Part shown: positions 1-13,595 of the stretch, piece after piece
Layout: each line of letters starts with the position of its first letter
Numbering within the stretch: position 1 is the first letter of the stretch
Assembly: GCA_951406725.2 (NCBI GenBank)
Contig: OX597814.1
Location: 115,444,001-115,508,000, forward strand
Reading direction: 5' to 3'
Length of the DNA stretch: 64,000 bases
From: Octopus vulgaris
Lineage: Eukaryota
The notes under the pieces: generated by a model
The model's database searches: none
The model's input: the letters and a program-made list of their open reading frames with translations, nothing else
What the model was told of the DNA's origin: nothing
Program-made: the position numbers and the translations under genes

Positions 1-1096
1 ATAAAGAGAGTCATAAATAAAGGAAAGTATACGAGATTAAAGAGTGAGGATGGGTTTAGATGTTACTATCGACACTTAACAAGTACTTTATTTTATTAAC
101 TCCGAGGAATACAAAGTAACGTTAGCCTTGTGGGTGGGATTTGAATTCAGAATGCAAAGAGCTGGAAGAAATTTCGCTGACATTTCGATGCTCTAACAAT
201 TCTGCGGACCCAATTGACTGACATTCCGTCGGGTACGTCGAAGAAGGTACCAAATGATCCGTTAAGTTGAACAGCCTGTTCGTGAAATTCACATGTAAGT
301 GGCTGTGGCTGAATATTGCACAGAAACACGTGCCCTTAACGACCTAACGATCGTGAGCGAGTACCCTAACCACAAAGCCACACGACTTCACACAACTGAT
401 CAACTGCTAATGATAAAAATGGATACTTAGAAACACGTGCGCGAGCGTTTATAGACAGATGACGTGTAAAAGGCGGCGAGCTAGCAGAAACGTTAGCAGG
501 CCGGGTGAGATTCTTAGCGGTATTTTGTCTGCCGTTACGTTCTGAGTTCAAATTCCACCGAGGTCGACTTTGCCTTTCATCCTTTCGGGATCGATAAATT
601 AAGCACCAGTTACGCACTGGGGTCGATGTAATCGACTTAATCTCTTTGTCCTTGTTTGTTCCCTCTTTGTTTAGCCCCTTGTGGGCAATAATGAAATATG
701 ACAGGTGACATATATATGATTCCTTATATCTCACATTTAAACCTCAGAACAGGGGTAGCATTTTTGCTTGAAGACATCCCAGAACCATGGATTTTTTGTT
801 TTGGCAATTTCAAAATCTAGTTATATGTTCTACCGTACACAGCACAACGAATATGACTTCATCGAACCTGATGCATATGCTTTGGTTATATTTAGGTAAT
901 ACTTCAATTATTTTAACCGCTCCGGGTGGAGCCAATATGGAAACCCTCAGTCACGTTAGGTGTGCAGATGGTATTAAGGAAAAGGAAAAGGTACCTCGAT
1001 TGCGCAACCCAACAAAATCTTGTTGAGCATGTTCCAGTATGTTCCTAGTTATATAAGATGATTTTATTGTAGCATGTCCATTCACTTTATCTCAAA

Positions 1097-1456
1097 CTAA
1101 CAGTATCGCCCAGCGTTGCTCAGGTTTGTTTCGACCCATTAGAATTGGAATTTTTGAAAGGTAAAAATTTTTGCATTATGTAGCTTGTTATTTTCTTTAA
1201 GTGAACATTTTTCTGGTTGAAATACACCGAAAAATGGCGATACAGCAGTCAAAAAATCGTAAAAAATAGGGATTTTCATAGAAAAAAAAGCACCTTTTTG
1301 ATGTAAATAATTATTGGTCTTAACATGGTCCAATTTGAATTTTATTTTCTACGGAATAAAGAGCAAGCCTTCTTCTATCATACTCTCAATTTTGGTCAAC
1401 TTGCGCCGCAGGGTCTCGGAGGAGATAGTGTCTGTGCCACACACAGACAACTTCAG

Positions 1457-1510
<54 letters not shown>
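1097..1510 (-). mobile_element. Non-autonomous Helitron-like element, copy 1 of 4
   Basis: Close match to 2455-2828, 19662-20022 and 58274-58617. On the minus strand the family starts TC(TA)n and ends with a GC hairpin and CTAG (mutated in this copy). Confidence 0.7.
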
Positions 1511-1541
<31 letters not shown>

Positions 1542-2030
1542 GCCTCTAGTTAACATTACTGCAACATTGATAGAAAGACTTTTTTATTTCGATTGTAGAA
1601 ATGTTAATAGCTTTCTTTACAAATTCTTTACTTGTGCCATGTCGTCTTTGATAATGTTGATGAAGTTGTTAGATTTTTATATGTATTCGTTTTTGTTCAT
1701 AATATATCATACAAATACCTTTGGACGCTTTTAACTATTGCAATTTTAACTTTATAATATATTCCATGTCATAATACTGTTCACCGAACAAAACTAGATC
1801 GGAAAACCTTAGTTAATAATACAATTACCCTACATTGAATTGCATTTGGTGTCGTTATCGTCCACATTCTCCTTTTTTCCGTTATCATCTGTTATCAATC
1901 CAGATCACATGGTTCCGGGTTCAATCTCACTGCATGGAACCTTGGGCTACAGTCTTTTATTATTATAGCCTCGGACAGATCAAAGAATTATAAATTTATT
2001 TGGGAGACAGAAACTGAAAGAATCCCTTCG

Positions 2031-2135
<105 letters not shown>

Positions 2136-2454
2136 CTTTACGTCTATATTTGTGCCCTACTACCGCTTGACAACCGGTGATGGTTTATTTACGCACCCGT
2201 AATCTGGCGTTTCGGCAAAACAAGTACCTGAATTAACAAGAAAATAAGTACTAAGATCGATTCATTCGACTAAAAATTCTTCAAAGTGGTGCCCCAGCAT
2301 GGCCACAGTCTAATGACTGAAACAAATAAAATATAGAAGATATATGATCCCAATCGCAACTCGACTTTTCTGTTTCCTCTGACTGTTCGAAGTTTTGCAC
2401 ACGTCTTCGTTCTTTTATGATTATTTGTTCAGCCTTACTCAATTACATCTTATA

Positions 2455-2828
2455 CTAGCAATATAGCCGAGCGTTGCTCGGGCTTGTTTTCTTTTCGACC
2501 CTTTAGAATTGGAATCTTTGAAAAGTAGCTAGTTATTCTCTTTAAGTGAACATTTTTCTGGTTGAAATACACCGAAAAATGGCGACACAGCAGTCAAAAA
2601 ATCGTAAAAAATATGGATTTTCATAGAAAAAAAGCACCTTTTTTATGTAAATAATTTTTGGTGTTAAAATGGTCCGATTTTTTTTCTACGGAAGGAAGAG
2701 CAAGCTTTCTTCTATCATACTCTCAATTTTGGTCATCTTGCGCCGCAGGGTCTCGGAGGAGATAGTGTTAGTTGAAGGCTAATAAACCTGCCACACACAG
2801 ACAACTTCAGCTTTATATATAGAGAGAT
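2455..2828 (-). mobile_element. Non-autonomous Helitron-like element, copy 2
   Basis: 5'-TC and CTAG-3' termini with a subterminal hairpin (cccgagcaacgctcgg). Confidence 0.75.
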
Positions 2829-3509
2829 TTTTCTACATCGCGAATGTTTCGTTCGCTCTCTTATCTGTTGGCAAATTTTCTGTCTTCTTCATTAATTCTC
2901 TAAAGTGTATCTTTCCATACTTTGTGTTGGCCTCAGTTTTTTTTTTTCCAAATTCTTAGTCTCCGGCTCCATAGAGAATTGCTGTTATGATATATAGGTC
3001 AAATTTACTATACTTCATGCACAGTTGAATTTTATTTCGTGCTATAACTTTAACAGAACTACACTGCAAACCGCGAATTGTTTAGGCTTTCTTTAACTGA
3101 GTTCATTTACCTCTTAGAAGCTACGCGAAATAGATACGATCGTAAGTTGTTATTATAGTATCATGGTTAACTTTTGTGGGGTTTTTTGTTGCATAGTCTT
3201 TAGTTGTGATATTTTTCTTCTTCAAAGTAAGTTTAACTTCCACTGTTTTACCTTCACTGCACACGTCATTTTACATATATTCCAGTCACTGAGTAACAAC
3301 AGTGCGGATTACATCGTTTGAAAAACATTACTGACGAAAATATTCACCAATTACATTTATCCTTTTCAATTGCAATTAAATATTTTTTTTTTATTAAGGG
3401 AAACCAGGAGCTGTTTTAAAACATTCGAGACGTATTTGTATTTGTATGTTGTATGTATGACTCATACACTCACAAAGGCAGTTTACTTTGTCATATTGTC
3501 TTTGTATAT

Positions 3510-3580
3510 TTGTGTGTGTGTGTGTGTGTGTGTGAGTGTGTGTATGACTGTATGTAACTACGCATGCAAGTGTGTGTGTG

Positions 3581-3627
<47 letters not shown>

Positions 3628-3909
3628 ATATATATGTATGCATGTATTTATGCATGTGTAGTTACATATATCACACATACATACATACTACACACATGCA
3701 TACATACATACATACATACATACATACATACATACATACATACATACATACATACATACATACACACATGCATACACACATACATACATACATACATACA
3801 TACATACATACATACATACATACATACATACATACATACATACACACATACATACATACATACATACATACATACATACATACATACATACATACATACA
3901 TACATACAT
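3510..3909. repeat. Compound microsatellite (TG)n/(TA)n/(TACA)n
   Basis: Read directly. Other long tracts: (TG)n 2030-2134, (TA)n 9282-9376 and 38476-38592, (TAA)n/(GAA)n 15917-16026, (GAC)/(GGC) 22645-22714, TG-rich 46480-46850 and an AT-rich degenerate repeat at 62130-62640. Confidence 0.95.
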
Positions 3910-3989
3910 GCCAAACCGAAGCAACCGAGATGGAAAACAAAACTTGAAGAAAGCATCAACAATCTACGCCGCCATTTTCGATGGTTAAC

Positions 3990-5330
3990 CCCGATATGCA
4001 GTCTCCTGCATATCATAGGCCTTTAATGAGGACTTGACACAATCCATAAATCGCAGCCTTGGTTTCTGCCGAGGTCTGTTTCCATTCACAAGATCCCCAT
4101 ATAGCATCTACTAAGATATCCTGCTTTCCTTCATTCTAATAAGGTATCCAGTCCAACGTAACTGGTGTTTGTGCACCATCGCCTCAATACTCAAGATATC
4201 AGCTGTCCTCAGGACCTGTGTGTCTGGAGTTTTTAAGGTCCAGCCAACATTCAGAATGTGCCTGAGACATCTCTGATGAAAGCGTTTAAGGACCCTTACT
4301 TGGCGTTTGTAAAGGGTCCATGTCTCACATGAGTAAAGGAGTGATGTTAGTACACATGCACGGTACACAGCAATTTTTGGTTGCCTTGTGATGCCCTGCT
4401 GGGACCAGACACGAGACTGAAGAGACCGTGTTCATCGCAAAGCTCCAGCAGCATGAGACCATTGCTATTCATTTTCCTTACTCCAAAACGTCCTAGAAAA
4501 TTCCATGTTTGCCAGTCTGTTCCAGCCCTGGCATTGAAATCCCCCAGTAGAATGACTTTATCAGAATTGGGGATTTTCTTAAGTATGGCTCTCAGCTGAG
4601 TATAAAATATACTTTTATCTTCATCATAGCTAGTCAAAGTAGGTGCATATGCACTTATTAGAGTAGCAAACCGCCCACCTTTCAGGTGCAATCGCAGAGT
4701 CATTAGACGTTCATTTATAGGAGCAGGAAGCTCTTCTAGCCTTTTAAGGATATCAGATCGGATTGCAAAACCAACACCCGCCTCGCTGCGCTACTCCTTC
4801 TGCCTGCCTTTCTAAAATAAAGGTGTATCCACCTCCTACTTCCTCAAGCTGGCCATCACCTTCTATACGAGTCTCTGAAAGTGCAGCTATATCAATGTTA
4901 TAACGGTTCGGCTCGCGGGCAGCAAGTGCAGTGCGTCTTTCAGGCCTACACTCACTTTTGTTATCCAACAGAGTGCGCACGTTCCAACATGAAATGTTCA
5001 ATTCCGTCCAGATTTTGTAAATAAAAGTCTCTTTTTTTTCGAGTGCAGGGTGGACATCCGTCAGTCGCGCTAAACTGATCAGATATAGAAAGACGGGCAA
5101 TTTTTGGTTCACCTTTTCTAGAACCTCCCTGACCACCCGGTGAGTAGTGCCCTTTCCAAATGGCGCTGCTCAGACACCCATGCAGCAACCGAATCCTACC
5201 GCTGTTTTAGGCGACAAGGGGACGACTTTGTATCTAGCATAAGCCGCCTACGTGCAGGTCGCTGACTACAAGCTTTCAACGCATCAGGTCTGCATGCTTC
5301 ACCACCATCGCTGCAGGACTTCCGAATAAA
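3990..5330 (-). mobile_element. RTE/BovB-type LINE, internally deleted (APE N-terminus fused to RT C-terminal region)
   Basis: WNVRTLLD..RPERRTAL, DIAALSETR, LISAYAPT and LLGDFNAR run almost directly into YRACVLTSLLYSCETWT and QLRWTG. The RT core is missing, with a junction near 4410. Confidence 0.9.
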
Positions 5331-5689
5331 AATAGAATAAAATATATATAAAAATATATAAAAAAAATAATTAATAATATATTTAGGCACATATCGAGCA
5401 GAGGTCAGCAATGCCTGTGCAGAGTTTTAGGTCCAATAAGGCTTGCACGTCACCTCAAATACCCTCTCCACTTTATTGACATTAACCAGAAACAAGCCAG
5501 AGCAAGATGTCTGGTGCCAATATGAGTCGCAGGCTAAAGGATGTGAGAGCGCCATGATCTCTGACACAAACCACAGATCCCCAAAATGTCCAATGCCATT
5601 CCCTGCATATCTGGTTTTATATCAGAGTGACTTTCTCCTAGAGACATGCTTCAACAGAAGCTGAGGGGTACCTCACAAATCTTTAGATA

Positions 5690-6510
5690 CTTAAAACTTT
5701 AACGTAGTTCGACGCGAACTTGCAACGAGACACGTTGTATTTTGTGTAGTTGGTATCATCCTGAAAATGGGGAGCCAAGACGAACATCATCGACCCCTCA
5801 TGCTTTTTTTTTTTTTAGAGAAAAAAAGACAAGAAAGTGGAGAAAATTTGCAAGAAGATATACGCTATGTACTAAGAGGATACTATTAGAAAACAAGTGT
5901 GCTAGGAGTGATTCTGAAGATTTTTCCGCTGAAATTTTTCCTCCGAAAATGCACCTCGCTCTGGCCGACCAACTGTGATTAACAGCGACAAAATGAAGGA
6001 GTTAGTCGTCACCAATCTCCATTATATAACCAGAATGATCGCAAATCTTCTCCAAATATCCAAATCAAGTGTTGAAATATCATCAGTATCAACTTGATTA
6101 CATCAGCAAGCTCACATCAATTGAATGAGGCTAACCTCGCCCAAAGAATGTCCATCTGTGATTCGTTACAAAAGCCTGAAGTAAACGTTGCTTTTTAAAA
6201 GAGATTGGTGACGAAACGAAGAATGAATCGTCTATAACAATGTAAAGCGCAAACGATCATGAGGAAGCGCCGTGAACCACCAGAAACAACCTCCAAAGCA
6301 GGACTTTAACTGAAGAAGTTTATGCTTTCAATTTGCTATGATTGGAGGAGTGTTGTCTTTTACGAGTAATAATGGATATGCCTACAAGATGGCAAAAGAA
6401 ACTCGAGCGAAATGGTAATTATATCATCAATTGAATAAATCGGTTTGTTTAAAACTTGTGTCTTACTTTAGCTTAAAATAGGCTGAACGGACTTTTTAGT
6501 CAACCTGATA
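5690..6510 (+). mobile_element. Decayed mariner transposon
   Basis: Frameshifted transposase pieces (RSGRPT, FLKRLVT, IVYNNVKRKRS). Ends in TIR-like ggactttttagtcaacctgata followed by TA. Confidence 0.8.
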
Positions 6511-7467
6511 TACAAACAAAAATTATTGTATATGTGTCTATTTTCGCTTCCATTTTCGCCGTTCAAATTCACTCGGAGGCATTGGTCGGCCTATGATTAC
6601 AGGAGAACGATATTTCGACTAAACCATTCAGGAAGGCGTCCCAACATGGTTCCACTCCAATAATTGATTTTGTTTGTTCCTTCTCAAGCCATGCCTGGCT
6701 CATAGGGCCGGATTCCGTCGCAAGTGAGCTGCAGGAGGAAAGAGTGAGAGAAAGCTGTGGCGAAAGAGTCAGCAGAAGTTCACCATTATCTTCTACTAGA
6801 GCTGCATGTAGCTTAGGTGTTTCGCTCATAAACACACACTTCGCCCGGTCTGAGATTCGAACCCGTTATCCCTTGACTGCGAGTCCGCTGCTCTAACCAC
6901 TAGGCCATGTGCCTCTACTCCAATAATTGATTGAAGTAAAATAAGAGAAACAAACAAGCCGTGACACATCTATAAAACGTATCTCAAAGACAAAGCGATA
7001 CGTTACAAAGACAGCTGAAGCCCATTTTATTTACTATTCAAATCAATTTAGAGATAAATAGGATAACATACGTCAACAGGATAACAACTGTATATTGCTC
7101 CAAATGCAATATAAGTCCTAAATCTTTTGAATATTACCATTATGCAAGGGTTTTTTTTTTTATTAATTTTTACACAATTTTATCGTCGCGAGAGCAAAAC
7201 TATATTTTGTATACAATTTTATGACAAGTGAAGTATGAAAATTTTGAGAAACATTTTATTTTATTGAAAACAAGTGAATCGGCAAAATTTATGTTATATA
7301 ACAATAAATAACAAATAAAAGTATTAAAATATATAATCGTCGGTATTATTCTTGTTTCTATTCAGAAAATGAAAAGGTTTTTTTTTGCTGTTTTTTTCTC
7401 TGCTTTTACATTGTAAATGTTTTTAAAGACCAGAATCACCTGATCGTCAAGTAATACGAGATATTTA

Positions 7468-8152
7468 AGGCGGCGAGCTGGCAAAAATTTTAGCACGCCG
7501 GGCGAAATGCGTAGCCGTATTTCGTCTGCCGTTACGTTCTGAGTTCAAATTCCGCCGAGGTCGACTTTACCTTTCATCCTTTCGGGGTCCATTAAATAAG
7601 TACCAGTTACGCACTGGGGTCGATATAATCGACTTAATCCGTTTGTCTCTCTTTGTTTGTTCTCTCTGCGTTTAGCCCCTTGTGGGTAGTAAAGAAATAG
7701 ATTAACACACCAGCGTGGTAGCGTTTGTTTTAAAAAAAGGGAGGCGAGCTGGCAGAAACGTTAGCATGCCGGGTGAAATGCGTAGCCGTATTTTGTCTGC
7801 CGTTACGTTCGGAGTTCAAATTCCGCCGAGGTTGACTTTTCCTTTCATCCTTTCGGGTTCGATTAAATAAGTACCAGTTACGCACTGGGGTCGATATAAT
7901 CGACTTAATCCGTTTGTCTGTCCTTGTTTGTCCTCTCTGTGTTTAGCCTCTTGTGGGTAGTAAAGAAATAGATATTTCGTCTGTCGTTAGTTTTGAGTTC
8001 AAATTCCGCCGAGGTCGACTTTGCCTTTCATCCTTTCGGGTTCGATTAATTAAGTACCAGTTACGCACTGGAGTTGATATAATCGACTTAATCCGTTTGT
8101 CTGTCCTTGTTTGTCCTCTGTGTGTTTAGCCTCTTGTGGGTAGTAAGGAAAT
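7468..8152 (+). mobile_element. SINE family B, three near-tandem copies
   Basis: ggcggcgagctggcag.. head, gagttcaaattcc B box and a ctttgcctttcatcctttcggggtcga..aagtaccag core (resembles Meta/Sauria-type domains). Other copies at about 472-695, 12310-12945, 22030-22310, 31750-32145, 52281-52490, 53424-53658 and 58984-59400. Confidence 0.85.
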
Positions 8153-8242
8153 AAGTAATACGAGATATTTCTTTTTTCGAAGTATTCATAAAGGCACAGG
8201 TGTGGCTATGTAGTTAAGAATCTCGCTTTACAACCATGTGTC

Positions 8243-8495
8243 GTGGAGGCGCGTGGCTTAGAGGTTAGGTTGTCAGCACCATGATCGTAAGATTATGGTT
8301 TCGATTCCTGGACAGGGCGACACGTTGTGTTCTGGAGCAAAACACTTCATTTCACGTTGCTCCAGTCCACTCAGCTGGCAAAAGTGAGTAACGCTGCGAT
8401 GGACTAGCGTCCCGTCTAGCTGGGAAAACATACGCCATAGAAACCGGGAAACCCGGCCCATGAGCTTGGCTAGGCTTTAAAAGGGCGCATTTATT
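8243..8495 (+). mobile_element. SINE family C nested in a family A copy
   Basis: tRNA-like head (gtggcttagaggttag, ggtttcgattcc) and body gagcaaaacacttcatttcacgttgctccagtccac. Related copies at about 6680-6918, 16690-17050, 22716-23090, 29530-29775, 40700-41010 and 60775-61010. Confidence 0.75.
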
Positions 8496-9282
8496 ATTAC
8501 AGCGTGGCACCTTAGGAAAGTGCGTTCTACTCAGCCCGATCAACCTACAGATTTTTGAGTGAAATCGGTTGACGAAAACTGTAAGGAAGCCCGTTATATA
8601 TGTGAATGTATGCGTCACTGTGTTTGTCCTCCACCACAGCCTAACAACCGGTGTTGGTGTATTTACGTCCCCGTAACTTAGCGGTTCGGCAAAAAAAAAA
8701 CAATACAATTAGTACCAGATTTCAAAAATAAATTTAATACTGGGGTCAATTTTTTCGATTAAAACCCTTCAAGACGATGCCCCAGAATGGCTGTAGCCCA
8801 GTGACTGAAATAAATAAAAGATAAAAATAGATATAGTTCTATATTTAAAAGATGAGGAATTATGTACATTATTTACATTTTTACATTTGATGGTTATTTG
8901 TCCTCATCTTGATGAGGACAAATATCCGTAAAATGTAAATAATATAAAGATAAATATCTTGTTTTTTTTTTTTGCTTTTTGTTGTCTTTTTTTTTTTTGG
9001 TGAGGAGTCGTTTGTTTGTTTTCCTTTAAGAATTTTCAAAAAAAACTTCCACTCATGATGTGTTAATAATTCATGATGTTACGAAAGGCAATTCACAAAA
9101 GCTAACGTTGGCAATTTATATTTAGATTCTTTTTTTGAAATAAAGTTAGAAAACTAGAAATCTTCAAAAATAAAATTCTAAACGATTAACTGAATTCAAT
9201 ATACTTGTGTACTTTTTTAGAATATATAATTTCATTTAAATATTTTCAGCCATTCGTACGTACACAAACTTAGATGCATACG

Positions 9283-9375
<93 letters not shown>

Positions 9376-9378
<3 letters not shown>

Positions 9379-9755
9379 CGTAGGAGTGGCTGTGTGGTAA
9401 GTAGCTTGTTTACCAACCACATGGTCCTGAGTTCAGGGTCTTCTACTATAGCCTCGGGCCGACCAAAGCCTTGTGAGTGGATTTGGTAGACGGAAACTGA
9501 AAGAAGCCCGTCGTATATATGTATGTGGGTGTGTATATGTTTGTGGGTGTGTATATGTTTGTGTGTCTGTGTTTGTCCCCCCAACATCGCTTGACAACCG
9601 ATGCTGGTGTGTTTACGTCCCCGTAACTAAGCGGTTCGGCAAAAGAGACAGATAGAATAAGTACAACGCTTACAAAGAATAAGTCCTGAGGTCGATTTGC
9701 TCGACTAAAGGCGGTACTCCAGCATGGCCTCAGTCAAATGACAAACAAGTAAAAG
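9376..9755 (+). mobile_element. SINE family A (tRNA-derived head, internal TA/TG microsatellite), representative copy
   Basis: A box tggctgtgtgg and B box (g)gttcag. Other copies lie at about 1905-2330, 8193-8820, 12002-12290, 25066-25345, 25490-25850, 27789-28210, 28795-29230, 35650-35977, 39285-39670, 54505-55005, 55148-55510, 59940-60680, 62974-63368 and 63690-64000. Confidence 0.85.
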
Positions 9756-9761
9756 AGTATA

Positions 9762-9841
<80 letters not shown>

Positions 9842-10524
9842 TACACACAGGGTACGATGGGTAAATTGTCGCTATTTTATATTTATAATTTGGCGCATGC
9901 GCATTGTTTATTTTTGATTTTGTCGACAGCATCATGACACAACAATTCTCTCTGCTAAGAATTTGGAAACGACATACTGTACTGCTTGGCATTCGCGCCC
10001 GAAGCTCCAATACGAACAATTCAGAGTTTGGGGGCTTCAATCTGAGGACATGTACCGAGAATGATAAAAATTAAACATTCAGTCAGAATGAATTTCATTT
10101 CAATAATTAGCATACAAAACTACATTAATACACCAAATTTGAAATCAGTTGGAACAAAATTGAAGGAATTGAAAAGTGAAAGACAAACAAAAAAAAATCC
10201 AATATTTTAATTCTTTTATCCGTTTTATTAATTGTTTTTTACTTTTCTTTTTATATCTTGCTATTAATCCATCCATTGAATATTTAATGTTAATTTTTCA
10301 GTGTGAAAATATTTTAAGGATAATGACATGTTATTTTTCACTTTAAAATCTAAAGGTAATTTAATTTTTCTTGAACAGGTTTTTTAGGTGTAAACTTAAT
10401 TTAAGTCTATAGTATTTTTAAGTATCTAAGAAGAGAGAGCTTGATTGTTTTTATGCCTAAAAGTGAAATCATAGTGACACATTACCAGAAACTACCTTCC
10501 TGTGTTAACATATGAAATTCTTAG

Positions 10525-10562
<38 letters not shown>

Positions 10563-10565
<3 letters not shown>

Positions 10566-10740
10566 GGAGTAAACACATAAATGTGAAACAAGGTGGAAAA
10601 AAGAGTACTCAAATACCAGTGGTAGAGTAATATGCTTTATTTTAAGCAGCAGAAAATTCAACAAAATCTGTTACTCTGAGTTTCTCGTTGAGAAACTCAG
10701 AGTAACAGATTTTGTTGAATTTTCTGCTGCTTAAAATAAA

Positions 10741-10741
<1 letters not shown>
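10563..10741. mobile_element. Palindromic Penelope-like pseudo-LTR fragment in (TA)n
   Basis: Perfect 52-bp inverted arms (10635-10686 and 10690-10741) with (TA)n on both sides. Homologous to 38123-38254. The Penelope assignment is inferred from a hammerhead-like half motif. Confidence 0.6.
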
Positions 10742-10791
<50 letters not shown>

Positions 10792-12450
10792 AGAGTTGCT
10801 ACTTACCTCACCCACAGGAACTCAAGAGTAATTTTTAATTATGATAAAAGTGAAATTATATATCTTCTCCTGGGTCTCCTGTAGAGCGTTCCAGTTTTGC
10901 CCACTTTATTTTTATTATATACCACAGAATTGTATGATTCTTTAAAAGAAGTTGAGAAATTGTCATATTCTGATGATGATCCCAATTTGCACACTTCGTT
11001 TGATATTATTGATAACAATATAAATAAGCTAGATACAGCTCAATATAGTTGAAGTTTGATCCAGCCAAAACACTATTAATTCACTTCTATAATTCAAAGA
11101 TTATCAATTATCAGCGTGATGAAATATTTTTAATGAATCAATTATGAATGTCGTAAGAGAAGCTATTAAAATTTTCGATATTTGATTACAATCATATTTG
11201 AAGAGTGAATCTCATCTAAAATATTCATTGAAAATAATTACCTCATCATGGCACGCTACTGAAGCTAATTTCTGTATCAAAGAAACAACCACTCCTTAAC
11301 ATATAAACATTTGAGATTGAATAACAAAGGGGTTATCATTGCTCAGTTTTCATATGATAGCTTGGCATAAGGGGATACAAGCACGGTCTGCCATCAAGTT
11401 ATGGAAACAATTCTGCATACAAATAGGTACAAATATAAGGTTATTTAAGGTTTAAAACTAAAATAGTTACATGTGGTGTGTCCTGGCGGCAATTTATTGT
11501 AAGGAAGATAATTATTTCTAGCTCGATCATGCATGGATTAGAAGTTTGAATTTTAAACCGAAGATATATGGAATTGCATAGAATATACATTTTTTTATCT
11601 TACTACAAAGATTTTTAAATTTTTAGTCATTAAAAAATCATGTATAGCGCTATTTCATTCTTGTTAGAAATCGGAAGCATGACATCATCCGAGGCAAATA
11701 AATTAAACTATATTAAACATTTTACGAATCGAAACATTTCTTCATGAAAACGGATTAACACATACATGCACGTTCATAGAAGAGATCAACGAAGCGCTGA
11801 CTAGACTGAACAGAAAGCAGTATGAAATTGGCAACAGTGATAACATCCTTCAAAATAAAACAATTTAGAGAATTAATAGACAAAGCAAGTTTATGCCATA
11901 ACATTGCTCAGTCAGGTTGTTTTGACAACTGAAATACAAAGGGTGACCTTCAGACAATGGCACTGGTTGTGATGCCATTAAAAATAACAATAACATAGAT
12001 ACGGACGTGACTGTGTGATAAGAAGTTTACTTCCAAGCCACATGGTCCAGGGTTCGGTCTAAATGTGAGGTACCTTAGGTAAGTGTCTTTTATAACAGAG
12101 GGCCTTATGAATGTATTTGATAGACAGAAACTGAAAGGTCTTCATACGTGTGTGTCTGTGTGTGTGTGCGTGTGTGTGTGTGTTTGTTTGTTTGTTTATG
12201 TTTGCCTTTCACGACTTCTCGTTGGTGTGTTTATGACAGTAACCTAGTGGGTCGACAACAAACCGACAGGAGAAGTACTCGGTTTTTAAAATAATAACAA
12301 TAATAAGGATAATCCTTTCTACTAAAGGATCAAGGCCTGAAATTTGGGGAGGGGAGTAGTCGATTACATCGACACCAACGTTTCACTCGTACTTAATTTA
12401 TTGACCTCAAAAGGATGAAAGTCAAAGTCGACACTGGTGGAATTTGACCT

Positions 12451-12694
12451 CAGAACGTAACGACAGACGAAATACCACAAAGCATTTCGCCTGGCGTGCT
12501 AATAATAATAATAACAACAACAACAACAACAACAACAATAATAATAATACTAATAATAATGATTTCAAATTTTGCCACAAGGGCAACAGTTTTGGGAAAG
12601 GGAATGAGTCGATTACAGAACGTAACGACAGACGAAATACCACAAAGCATTTCGCCTGGCGTGCTAATAATAACAACAACAACAACAACAACAA

Positions 12695-12725
<31 letters not shown>

Positions 12726-12780
12726 GATTTCAAATTTTGCCACAAGGGCAACAGTTTTGGGAAAGGGAATGAGTCGATTA
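12451..12780. repeat. 165-bp tandem duplication of a SINE-microsatellite-SINE junction
   Basis: 12451-12615 and 12616-12780 differ only within the AAT/AAC tract. Confidence 0.9.
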
Positions 12781-12959
12781 CATCGACTCCTAGTGTTCAA
12801 CTGGTACTTATTTTATCCGACTTCGAAAGGATAAAAGGCAAAGTCGACGTCGGCGGAATTTGAACTCAGAACGAAGCAATGAGCGAAATACTGCTAAGCA
12901 TTTCCTCCAGCGTTGTAACGATTCTGCCAGCTCACCGCCTTTCAATGATGATGATGGTG

Positions 12960-13018
<59 letters not shown>

Positions 13019-13019
<1 letters not shown>

Positions 13020-13575
13020 GCCCTGGTGCAGTACCAGAGTGTGACTCTCGTGGCTTCTGATCTTAACTTATTGGAAGTGTTATCATGTACATTGTTTTGT
13101 CTTGGTTTAAAAGGTGGGCTACAGCAAATATTCTGCTCAATACTACAGATTTGCTTGTCAGTTGTTTGACTTTAACCAGTTGAGCATGTCCCTTAGTGGC
13201 TGACGATATGTACATCTCTGATCACAAGCAGAAGTTGTGGGGGAGCATCATAGCCATGTGTTGAGAGGGATTCTTTGAGGTTTGAATAATTTACCTCTGG
13301 AAACATGGGTGTTTCGTTCAACATCCTTAAACAACCCTTATTCAGGGGCCTTTTGAGCGGGATGAGTTACTCGACCAGAAGAAAATTCTAACTAGGCCCT
13401 ACCTGCAAGGTTATGTGCTGTTTATCTTGATATGAGATCACCATGTCGCGCACATATGGTTGTAATGCATGTGCCTGGTGTACCCTTATCAGACGGGTAG
13501 TCATGGTGGGTATACTGGGCTTCGTATATTTTACTCCAGTGTCACTTTAATGGCATGCACTGCTCTCTCACTCAA
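13019..13575. mobile_element. Unclassified non-coding element between (TAA)n tracts
   Basis: A 550-bp higher-GC block bounded on both sides by (TAA)n, with no recognisable ORF. Confidence 0.4.
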
Positions 13576-13595
13576 TAATAATAATAATAAATAAT

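Noticed and set aside
3370-4026. Long ORFs rich in YI, HTYI, CV, poly-N, poly-I or poly-L (also near 9270, 12440, 15700, 37100, 46600, 54600, 63700)
   Set aside because: These are translations of stop-free microsatellites, not proteins.
5100-5330. HDV-like ribozyme in the RTE 5' UTR
   Set aside because: Such ribozymes are known for some RTE elements, but I could not build the nested double pseudoknot by eye.
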